The notes under the pieces are model-generated. The model was not told the origin of the DNA. It searched no databases and saw only the letters and a program-made list of their open reading frames with translations. Both the position numbers and the translations under genes were made by a program. A DNA stretch of 64,000 nucleotides, taken from NCBI GenBank assembly GCA_965248575.1, contig CBDFJQ010000002.1, positions 2,208,001-2,272,000 on the forward strand, given 5' to 3'. This stretch comes from Planctomycetota bacterium (GTDB taxonomy: Bacteria; Planctomycetota; B15-G4). Below, piece by piece: positions 19,215 to 27,824 of the stretch. Each line of letters begins with the position of its first letter. Position 1 is the first letter of the stretch.

Positions 19215-20611
19215 GGGCCGACGTCTCCTACCTGGCTGGGAACCACCCCCCGCCAGGGGTCAACCACGGCAACCTGGCCCTGGACGACGCTTGAGCTCGA
19301 CAATTGCCGGCCGTCCGCCAGTGCCACGTCCAGAGTGACTCTCGAAACGGCCAGCGTCTCGGACGTCTGTGTGCAGGTCTGGTCCCCGGAGAGCGTCATG
19401 GGGATACCCAGTGCCTGGGGCGTGAAGCTCCCGCCGCCGGTCTTGAGAGCCACCCCGCTCCCGAAGGAAGACACGGTAGGAGTCGCCAGGATGCGCGCCT
19501 CGTCCCAACCGTCAACGCTGAAGACCACACTATAGGAGCGCCCTGGCTCGATGACGATGCCGAACTGCGAGAGGTCGACGTCCACCTGCATGGCGGCGGG
19601 TGTGACGATCATGTCTACGTCGTCGTGCTGGCCCCACCAACCCCATGCAACACCCCCAGGCACGTCGATCGGGTTGTGGTGGTGCTTCTTGCCGGGGAAG
19701 TCGCACTCGCCATCGAGGTCGTCATCCTTGCAGTTCTCGGAGCCTTGCGAGCCGGACGGAGTGTCTGGTGGATAGGCCTGCTCGTCCCGGGTCGTGTCCC
19801 ACCAGACGAAGCTGGTAGGCGGGATGTCGGTCGCGGGAATATCGATGGAGCCCAGCAGTGGACCGTATGGCCTCGCGTCGTCGGGCGCTCGCGCCTCGTA
19901 AAGCTCCGCGATCAGTCGGTTGCCCGGGTACCCCGGATGGCTTGGGTTGTGCGGCGGAGTCGCGTGCAGGTGACAGAACTCCTTGAGACTGCCATCGAGG
20001 AAGGAGATCGTCAGCGAAATCTGGTCGACGGTCGCTGCCAGCCGCTCTTCGTCCACTCCGGCGACGGTGTTCACCGAATCCGGCGCATCGTCATCCATGT
20101 GGAAGCCCAACGCCATGGCGTCCCCGGGCTGCAAGACGATCTCGACGTCTGGGCCGGTGGGCTTCTGCTTCGTGAACCACGGCCCTGCGGAGACGACAGG
20201 TGATGCGTCGCGCAATCGCTGAGTGGTGTCCACGGAAAAGGCGACGCTGGCAACGCCGTCGAGCAACCCGCCCTGCACCCCCGAGGGACGCGTCAAACGG
20301 AGCTCGTCTCCCACCAACTGGTAGGTGGTGACGTTGCCCTGCGGGTCGGCGACACGCAGTTCGTTGGCACTGGGGACCTCGGCCCACCAAGCATCGCGCA
20401 CCCGCTCCGTAACCTGGACCACCACCTCTTCGAGACGGGCGTCTGGTTCGTCACGGACATACTCCAACTCCTCGCCGAAGAGCTGCATCCCGGAGGCGAG
20501 GGAAGTGACCAGTACGGACCCGATGGTGAGTGCCAACAGGATCTCGACGAGCGTGAAACCCGTCGAGAGTCTCACCGGAGAGCGCGTTTCCTGCGTTGCT
20601 GCAACCTGCAT
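19211..20611 (-). CDS. Large minor pilin/pseudopilin, PilW/GspJ-like (set 2)
   Basis: TG/FTLVEILLALTIG; shares DPxGxxTTY, TRPSG, TTxRLRD, TQTSET and PWxGxVP with 13718-15181. Confidence 0.75.
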   Translation of the reverse strand: MQVAATQETRSPVRLSTGFTLVEILLALTIGSVLVTSLASGMQLFGEELEYVRDEPDARLEEVVVQVTERVRDAWWAEVPSANELRVADPQGNVTTYQLVGDELRLTRPSGVQGGLLDGVASVAFSVDTTQRLRDASPVVSAGPWFTKQKPTGPDVEIVLQPGDAMALGFHMDDDAPDSVNTVAGVDEERLAATVDQISLTISFLDGSLKEFCHLHATPPHNPSHPGYPGNRLIAELYEARAPDDARPYGPLLGSIDIPATDIPPTSFVWWDTTRDEQAYPPDTPSGSQGSENCKDDDLDGECDFPGKKHHHNPIDVPGGVAWGWWGQHDDVDMIVTPAAMQVDVDLSQFGIVIEPGRSYSVVFSVDGWDEARILATPTVSSFGSGVALKTGGGSFTPQALGIPMTLSGDQTCTQTSETLAVSRVTLDVALADGRQLSSSSVVQGQVAVVDPWRGVVPSQVGDVGP

Positions 20612-20723
20612 CTGGAAGACCTCAGTTCGGGGACCTCCCTCTCTCTTCGATACTGACGCTCCCCCTATCGTGCCTGGCTGGGGGTGACTTGGCTTTTCAC
20701 CCGAGAAACCTCGGGTTGGTTGC

Positions 20724-21566
20724 TCAGGGGGCGACCGGGAGCACAACGTGCAGCAGCACCTGGTCCGCATCGTCACGCACCTGGAGCTCACGGCCGCTCA
20801 AGGCCGCCAGATCGCTCACGCCCAGGGGAAGGGGTGCACCCAGGTGTGTGTCGCGCCGGTAGCGCCCGTTGGAGGAGCTGCCCTTGCGATCGAAGAGGCC
20901 TGCGTCGACGAACACTCCGGAGTCTGCGGCCAATTCGCAGAACAAGTGGATGTCCGAGGTGCCAAAGGGCGCCTTCTTGACCTTGATGGACAGTCGGTGC
21001 TGCCCCTTGTCCGCCTTGGAACGGATCGACAGCTGACCGGACACGACTGAGTCGCCCTCCGCCTCTGGGTCGTCCAGCTTCGCCTTGTGCTTCACGGGCT
21101 TCTTGGATGCTGCGAGGTCGGGGCCGACGCCCTCCAAGATCAGGTCGCTTCCTTGCCGGACCTCGATCCGGCGGTCCACGAGGTCGGCCAGCGAGTCCAC
21201 GCCCAGGGGCAAGGAACCGCCATCCCCCTCGTCTGCGGACCAGCGGAGCTTGCCGTCCACGGCATCCAGAACGCCGAGATCTGAGAACGTCCCGGCACCC
21301 ACGCCGTCCTCCAGGAAGAGGTTGTGCTGAAGGCTGACATCCACCTTCCGCACGAGGACATCCACCCTGGCGACGCTCACATCTTTCTTGGACTTGGATC
21401 GGAAGCGCATCTTGCCGCGAGCATCTCCATCGACGGGAGAGACCGGTCGAACGAGGCTTCCGACCACGTCCACCTTGCTCTTGGCCTTTCCGGGCGATAC
21501 CAATGCCGGGAGGTCGGCGGCTAAGAAAGCGAGGGCAAGGAGGGCCGCAAGAACTCGGCGTGACAT
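20724..21566 (-). CDS. Secreted hypothetical protein with two internal ~110-aa repeats
   Basis: Signal peptide; RSK…LFxE…GxFxDxG…LPLGVxxLAxLxxRxxxVR occurs twice. Confidence 0.7.
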   Translation of the reverse strand: MSRRVLAALLALAFLAADLPALVSPGKAKSKVDVVGSLVRPVSPVDGDARGKMRFRSKSKKDVSVARVDVLVRKVDVSLQHNLFLEDGVGAGTFSDLGVLDAVDGKLRWSADEGDGGSLPLGVDSLADLVDRRIEVRQGSDLILEGVGPDLAASKKPVKHKAKLDDPEAEGDSVVSGQLSIRSKADKGQHRLSIKVKKAPFGTSDIHLFCELAADSGVFVDAGLFDRKGSSSNGRYRRDTHLGAPLPLGVSDLAALSGRELQVRDDADQVLLHVVLPVAP

Positions 21567-21882
21567 GGTGAGTCTCTGGTTCTTGTGATTGATGGGTTGA
21601 TCCAGCTCGCGAACCCATGTTCGGTGAGACCAGGGTGCGACTTGACCGTTCGCTCCTGATGAGCTGGCCCCGGAGCATGCGTTCGTACAACGAGCGAGCT
21701 GCTCCTCCCGAAAAGTGCGTCCGAGTCCCAGTCCCTCCCGTTAACTCCCTCCGCCTCCTCACCATGAAAGCTCGCGGGCAATACCAAGTGCTTGAGGGCC
21801 GTGTGCCTCCCGAGCAGGGAATCTGGGTCCCTCTTGTGCAATCAGGCTGAGTCGTGTCTTTGCAAACAGATGCCGTCAAGAT

Positions 21883-22290
21883 GGAGACTTGGCACTCAGG
21901 TTCGTGTCCTCGCCGGTATCGGACCACACGCCGGGGGCACCGAGGGCTTCCTCCTGGGCGCACGACCGGTCTCCGGCACCCACGTTCCGCAAATTAGAGA
22001 GTCGATTCCTCCTAACCGCACAGCCGGGGAACCAGTTGTTGCGCCTTGTGGGAACCGCGACGTCAAGGAGCGCGCGAGGTGGAGGGTGCGCGACGTCCCG
22101 GCGTTTGCGCTCCCTGGACGGGGGTGCTCGGGCGCTGTTCGCAAATACGGACGTTTGAGCGATCGCTCGCTGCGACATGCGAGGGGGCGCGACGTCTGGC
22201 CGGTCGCGGGGTGGTCGGGACGGTGTCGGACCCCGTTTGGCCCTCGGGCTCTCTGTCATCTCGGCTGCCTCAAGTGTCAGCGACAGAATC
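21883..22290 (+). repeat. tRNA-Gln 3'-end junction repeat J2 (att-like)
   Basis: AGGTTCGTGTCCTCGCCGG (21898-21916), 107 bp spacer, GCCGGGGAACCAGTTGT (22023-22039, identical to 7263-7279); distal arm GGACCCCGTTTGGC…CTCTCTGTCATCTCGG matches 7464-7500. Confidence 0.85.
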
Positions 22291-23362
22291 GGACTTCCAC
22301 GCCCTCCACCACGCCTCCGGGCTTGGGCCAAGGCCTTCGCGGCAGCAGTGCGAAGAGACCACCTCGACGGGAGAGGGCGGTGCGTCCACCTCCAACGACG
22401 CGAAACTGCCCACTCTCGAGAATGGCCTCCAACTCAGGAACCACGCCGAGGGCTTGCTGAAGATGGGCGGCGTGACTCGTCGCCCGGTCCTTGAAGCCTC
22501 AGGAGTGGCAGTCTTGGCTGCGGATGTTCATGGTGCGCGCACGCTAGCGCGCCGCTGCGCCGACGGCTCGCGGACAATCGGAGCGCAGAAGCACGTCCCC
22601 CTCTCCTATTGCGGAGCGACAAATCATGCCCGTCCAAGATGTCGCAAATCGCTACAACCGGCAGGCGCCCGCCTACCTTGAGTCCTGGGCGTCGGTCCTT
22701 CACGGGCCGGGGCGACGGATCCTGGCTGAGTTCGAAGCTGCCGGAGCGCGCCGTGTGCTCGACGTCGGCGCAGGAGTGGGCTCTTTGATGCCGCATGTGC
22801 AGGCGAGCTTTCCCGGTGCGGCCGTGCTCGGATGTGATGGTTCGCCCGGCATGCTGGCCCTCAGACCCGAAGGCACGCTGGCCGCGGTCATGGATGCGAG
22901 CCGGCTGGCTGTCTCCCCGGCGAGCGTGGATCTGGTGCTCGCGGTCTTCATGCTCTTCTTCCTCGAAGAACCAGTCGTGGGTCTGCGCGAGATGCGGCGC
23001 GTGCTACGGCCGGGAGGGAGTCTGGTGCGGAGGCCCCGCCTGCACCTCCGGTCAAGAACGATGAAGCCGTGGAGACTCCGGAGAAGATGGCCTGCCTCCT
23101 GGAAGCCGCGGGCTTCACGGCGGTGCGATCGTGGACGGAGGAACATGCCGTCACCATCGATCTCGAGCAGGTCATCCGCCTCAAGACAACCCTCGGACAC
23201 GAGAGGGTCCTGTTCGAGACTCTGGCCCCTGACGCGCGGACGGTCTGTATTGAACGCGCACGGGAACGACTCAGCTCGCTGCAGCCGAAAGACTTCGTGG
23301 CGCGCGCGACGATCGTCTTCGCGACCGGTCGCGGTGCCGGCTGAAGAGTTGTGGATTCCGAA
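22267..23362 (+). repeat. Long direct repeat, copy 2 (1096 bp)
   Basis: Aligns to 11866-13046 apart from scattered substitutions and one 85-bp deletion. Confidence 0.95.
22626..23344 (+). pseudogene. Frameshifted copy of the class I SAM methyltransferase
   Basis: 85-bp deletion relative to 12225-13028 splits it into ORFs starting at 22626 and 23069 (second ends 23344). Confidence 0.9.
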
Positions 23363-23387
23363 ACCCACAACGGATCCTTCGGGGTCC
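23348..23387. terminator. Two adjacent hairpins between convergent genes (possible terminator)
   Basis: GTTGTGGATT-CCGA-AACCCACAAC and GGATCC-TTCG-GGGTCC; no U-tract. Confidence 0.35.
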
Positions 23388-23390
23388 TCG

Positions 23391-23431
23391 CCGGCTTCAC
23401 CGGCTTCACCGGCTTCACCGGCTTCACCGGC
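23391..23431. repeat. 9-bp tandem repeat (CCGGCTTCA) x4.5
   Basis: Direct reading; intergenic. Confidence 0.9.
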
Positions 23432-23494
23432 CTAGACTTCAACCCTGCCTCGGCAAGGGTCTCCGTCGGTAACTCGGTCGTCTTGTTTGACGAG

Positions 23495-24286
23495 TCACGG
23501 CGCCATCAACTGCCTGATCTGCTCGACCGCAGCGGCTACGTGCAGGTCCATGCCGACCTCACCCAGTTGCGCCGTCGCGTGGGTCGGATCACCGTCTACG
23601 CCGTGGACGTTTGCGCTCCGGCCGTCCGCCATCAGATCGGTCCGCACATGCTGTGGCGCGACGGCCATCAGCGTCGCGGTGTCACTCAGCCCCGCGTGCC
23701 CACCGATCGTCTCATCCGACTCTCCCTGTTCGCGCAGCCAGTCCTCGAAAGCTGGTGACGCATACCAGGCGGAGATGTAGTGCACGCGGACTTCGTCCGA
23801 CGCCCACTCCTCATTCAAGGCTCCCGCCACCTCCCGCATGCCCTGTTGGTTCCCTCCGCTGTCACCGATGAACAGGATGTCGGTGAAGCCGTGCACCTTC
23901 AGGCTCCGCGCGGTGTGCTCGAGCAGCGCCTTGAACACGTCTCGCGGGATGGAGATCGTCCCGGCGAATTGCATGTGACCGGTCGGCGGGTCGATGTCAC
24001 CTTCGGGGACATGGGTGATGATCGGTGCGACCAGCGTGTTGCCGAGTTCTCGAGCAATCCGCTCCGAGCCTGCGTTCATCCGGTACTTGTGTTTCCCCAG
24101 CACGACGTGCGGACCGTTCTGTTCGGTCCCAGCCGTGGGGACGATGATGGTCGTCGTTCCTTTGTCGATGGCCTCCCGGACCTCCATCCAAGTGAGCTCC
24201 TCCAGGAACACCGTGTCCGGGGTCCGCGGCAGGGCGTTCGAGAACGAACACAAGGCGACGAATACGCAGAGTGCCAGCTTTGTCAC
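23495..24286 (-). CDS. Creatininase-family amidohydrolase, exported
   Basis: LEELTWME, PTAGTEQNGPH, GDSGGN, GGHAGLSDT; GTG start with GGAGA RBS. Confidence 0.9.
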   Translation of the reverse strand: MTKLALCVFVALCSFSNALPRTPDTVFLEELTWMEVREAIDKGTTTIIVPTAGTEQNGPHVVLGKHKYRMNAGSERIARELGNTLVAPIITHVPEGDIDPPTGHMQFAGTISIPRDVFKALLEHTARSLKVHGFTDILFIGDSGGNQQGMREVAGALNEEWASDEVRVHYISAWYASPAFEDWLREQGESDETIGGHAGLSDTATLMAVAPQHVRTDLMADGRSANVHGVDGDPTHATAQLGEVGMDLHVAAAVEQIRQLMAP

Positions 24287-24495
24287 GGTCAATTCTCCAG
24301 GGTCCACCAGATCGAAGGATCCGTGCCTCGCCTCGAGAATGACGACGCGGGCCAGGCCGCTCTCCCGCTGCGGTTCCAACACCCACTGAGGATAGGTGAA
24401 AGAAAGCCGTGCCTCCCGACAAGTTCGTCCGAGTTCCGGTTTCACGATCAGCCCTCACAAAGGGGATGTCGTCAAGACGTGTGATTCCGCGTCAT

Positions 24496-24700
24496 GGTTC
24501 GAGTCCTCACTGGTACCGGTCATCACGCCAGGCGAACCAAGAACTTCCTCCTGGGCGTTCGACCGGCAACCGGTGCGTACCCCCAGCGAAGCGAGAGCCA
24601 TTTCACCTGACGCGACGACCGGGGAACCAGTGAGCGCTGGTGGAGCGAACGCGGGGTCGTGCGGCGCGTGAGCCGGGGTGATTGGGGCGCGGCGATTGCG
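24496..24700 (+). repeat. tRNA-Gln 3'-end junction repeat J3 (att-like)
   Basis: GGTTCGAGTCCTC (24496-24508), ~105 bp spacer, CCGGGGAACCA (24619-24629), then TGGAGCGA…GGCGCGTGAG as downstream of the tRNA. Confidence 0.85.
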
Positions 24701-24865
24701 GAGGCTGGGCGGGCTCTGGGGCCTGATCGCGGGCCTGAGACATGACCACAAGACGCACACCGGCTAGACTCGGCACGCCCACCGCAGCCCCCCGTCTTGA
24801 GCCCCCCTGCACCCTCGGGCCCATGGGGCTCGAGGTGACCCCACATCCTGCTGAGCTCAGCACAC

Positions 24866-26725
24866 ATGCCTCGACATTCTCGCCTCCGCGTTGTGCCAGC
24901 CCTCTGCATGCTCCTTCTCTTTCTGAGCCAGGGGCTGCTTGCGGGCACTGTCTCGCCACTCGATGCCAACCTTCGATACGGCGGACGCTGGGACACCTCG
25001 AACCGGGCACAACCTTGGTGCCAAGCACAAGGCTCGTCCATCACCATCGGCTTCACCGGCTCGAGCCTTGGCGCCACCCTCAACGTGTCCGGCGGGGAGT
25101 ACTTCCGCGTTGTCTTGGATGGCGATCACGAGAACTCCACCAAGCACTCGTTCACTTCGGGCCTGTCCCTGTCCCTCGTCAGCGGCCTCACAGCGGGTGC
25201 TCATGTCGTCGAACTCGTGAAGGAGACCGACGTGGGGCGCGCCACCCTGCACTCGTTCGAAATCGACGATGGCGAGACGAGCGTCCCTCCCCCCCCACCT
25301 CTGAGCCGGCGCATCATCTTCTATGGCGACTCCAACCTGGCGGGCTACTCGCTCGAGAGCGAACGGAATCAGGGCGGTTCGCACCTGGTGGGTTGTCACT
25401 TCGGCTATGCCGGCATCACGGCGCGCATGTTCGCGGCCAACTACCAGAACATCTCGCGCAGCGGCGCCACCATCTCCAGCCTCAACGCGCGCTACGACCG
25501 TGTGGACTGGAACAGCAACTCACCGAGCTGGAATTTCTCCCAGGAACCCGCTGACGTCGTCGTGGCGAATATCGGTGCCAACGACGCCTTCCAGCCCAAG
25601 GCCGTGAACAAGGCCCGCTATCACGACCTCCTGGATGACCTCCGTGCATCGCATCCCGCAGCACATATCATGCTGTTCAACGCCTACGGATGGGACGACG
25701 ACGAACCCGCGAACTACACCCACGAAGTGATCGCCGAGCGGGGGGATCCACAGATGTCGTCGGCCGTCTTCCCGTGGGTCTTTGAGCAGTATCATGGTTG
25801 CCAGACGGACCACGCAGGCATGGCGGTGGTGCTCGCAGCGCACCTCTCTTCGGTGATGGGGTGGGTGGCCGGAGAGCCCGATGTGATGAGCGGCTACGGC
25901 GTTGGACCTGAGCCAGCCAATGGGAGCTTCGAGCACGTGGCGCCCTTCGGGGGATGGGGTTGGCGCTACTTCGATGACCCTGGAGTGTCTCGCGTCATAG
26001 ATGCCGCCGAAGCCCGTGAAGGCAGCGCCTACCTTCGGCTCACCAACGGTGCGTCCTCCCATCAGACCAACCCAGCCGGTGAGGGGGAACTGGTGGCGGT
26101 CGCTCTGTGGATGCGTGCCGACAACCCAGGCGACACGGTGGACGTGTCGCTCAGCTTCCGCGATCAGAACGGGGGTGGCGAAGTGAATGCCCCCCTCGCC
26201 CAGACGACGGAGACCATGACACTGTCCAGCAGTTGGCAGCGCTTCACGCTCTCGGCCACCGCACCGACGGGGGGAGCCAACCCCATCTACAGTGCGCGCG
26301 TGAGTTTCACCGCGGGCAACGGTACCGCGGTGGACATCGACGACGTAGGCTCGAACCCCTGGACCGACCTGGGCGGAGGAAGCCCCGGTTTCGCTGGTGT
26401 GCCCAGCCTCGTCGCCGACGGCCCTCTCGTGGCTGACACAACAACCACGATGCGCCTGAGCAACACGCCGCCCTCCACGCTCACCCTGGCTTGGATCTCC
26501 TTCAACCCAAGCCCCTTCCCCGCCCTGGGGGGGGCGGTGCACGCTTTCCCCTACGCAAGCCAACTGTTCGTCCCCACCAGCCCGGCAGGGACGTGGACCG
26601 GCGTGACAACATGGCCCAGCGGCATCGCTTCGAGCACGGAAGTCTGGTTCCAATTTCTCGTCAGCGACCTCAGCAGCGTTCACGAAATCACGCTGTCGAA
26701 CGGACTGCTTGCGACAGTTCCCTGA
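24866..26725 (+). CDS. Secreted SGNH/GDSL esterase (CE2-like) with CBM-like domain and conserved C-terminal domain (type A, 26360-26725)
   Basis: RYGGRW N-domain, FYGDSNLAG, NIGAND; NGSFE…WQRFTL beta-sandwich; WTDLGGG…WFQFLVSD…ITLSNGLLATVP. Confidence 0.8.
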   Translation: MPRHSRLRVVPALCMLLLFLSQGLLAGTVSPLDANLRYGGRWDTSNRAQPWCQAQGSSITIGFTGSSLGATLNVSGGEYFRVVLDGDHENSTKHSFTSGLSLSLVSGLTAGAHVVELVKETDVGRATLHSFEIDDGETSVPPPPPLSRRIIFYGDSNLAGYSLESERNQGGSHLVGCHFGYAGITARMFAANYQNISRSGATISSLNARYDRVDWNSNSPSWNFSQEPADVVVANIGANDAFQPKAVNKARYHDLLDDLRASHPAAHIMLFNAYGWDDDEPANYTHEVIAERGDPQMSSAVFPWVFEQYHGCQTDHAGMAVVLAAHLSSVMGWVAGEPDVMSGYGVGPEPANGSFEHVAPFGGWGWRYFDDPGVSRVIDAAEAREGSAYLRLTNGASSHQTNPAGEGELVAVALWMRADNPGDTVDVSLSFRDQNGGGEVNAPLAQTTETMTLSSSWQRFTLSATAPTGGANPIYSARVSFTAGNGTAVDIDDVGSNPWTDLGGGSPGFAGVPSLVADGPLVADTTTTMRLSNTPPSTLTLAWISFNPSPFPALGGAVHAFPYASQLFVPTSPAGTWTGVTTWPSGIASSTEVWFQFLVSDLSSVHEITLSNGLLATVP

Positions 26726-27030
26726 AGACGTGGTCCACCTGACAACCCGAGCTCCATGACCTACGACCGTCGTGCCCGTCGTACGGCCGTGCGGTCCCAT
26801 GGCGCCAAGTCGTGACGAATGCGTCGCCACAATCAGCGCATGACAGCCGAGTTCTTGTGCCTCCCGTTTCGTCGGATCCGACCGTTCAGGGACGACAACA
26901 CCCTCGGATCACGTGGGACTTTGTTTTTCCGACCCTCAGGAAGTCATAGCTGACCGTGCGCAGCTCGCCCTCAGGAGCTCTCTTCCGAGCACCTCATTCC
27001 TTCAGTTGCCATCGGAGATGAACGACGCGC

Positions 27031-27522
27031 TCAGACGCGCACCCCGGCCGCTCTGCAGCGCTCGACGATGTACTCGAGCGACTCCTGCGGCACCTGCGCG
27101 GGTGGGATGAAGACGCTCTGCATCTCGAGAATCTCGATCAGCCAGACGTCGTGATAGCACCACAGGCGTCGCAGTCCGTTCCACTTGAACGAGCTGCGAC
27201 TCGTGTCGAACACGACCGAGAACCCGTCCTCGTCGAGTTCGTAGCGAATCACGCCGCTGGGCGATTGCAAGGACCAGAGTGCGTGCAAGCGCATCGCGAT
27301 CCTGGTCAAGAGCCGGTGGAAGACCATCACGATCATCGGCGCGCCGCCGAGGCACACGCCGGTCATGTAGAGCTCCCAGTGTCCATTCACGAAGCGCATC
27401 ACGATCCCCAAGACCAGCAGCAAGCCGCCAATGACGTAGCCTCTCCACAGGAAGTCGCGACGCATCGCGTTCTTCAGAAAGGCCACGTCGAATGAGAAAT
27501 CGAACTGATGCACGTGGGCCAT
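27031..27522 (-). CDS. YcxB-like membrane protein
   Basis: Two TM helices, then YELDEDGF…FKWNGL…FIP. Confidence 0.65.
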   Translation of the reverse strand: MAHVHQFDFSFDVAFLKNAMRRDFLWRGYVIGGLLLVLGIVMRFVNGHWELYMTGVCLGGAPMIVMVFHRLLTRIAMRLHALWSLQSPSGVIRYELDEDGFSVVFDTSRSSFKWNGLRRLWCYHDVWLIEILEMQSVFIPPAQVPQESLEYIVERCRAAGVRV

Positions 27523-27543
27523 GGCGCCGACTATACATCGAGG

Positions 27544-27804
27544 CCTGGGTGTCTCATCCTTCGGCAGCATCGCAGCCCGGCTCCAGAGCACGAGTTGGGC
27601 GTCGCTCCCGTGCTCACGCCGTACCGGGCACAAGACTGCAACGCGTTCGTCCAACGGTTCGTTCGCTCGATCAAGGAGGAGTGTGTGGGTCGGATCATCT
27701 TCTTCGGTGAACGTTCACTCCGTCGGGCAATCCGTGAGTACGCCGAGCACTACCAACTCGAGCGACCTCATCAAGGGATCGGGAACCGGGTCATCGAGCG
27801 GGGT
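27544..27804 (+). mobile_element. Internally deleted DDE element: left end fused to integrase-core C-terminal fragment
   Basis: 27544-27608 aligns with 7598-7662 (GTGTC.CATCC…CCAGAGCA.GAGTTGGGC.TCG.TCC); then PYRAQDCNAFVQRFVRSIKEEC…HYQLERPHQGIGN. Confidence 0.8.
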
Positions 27805-27824
27805 GAGAATCGGCGACAGCGGCC

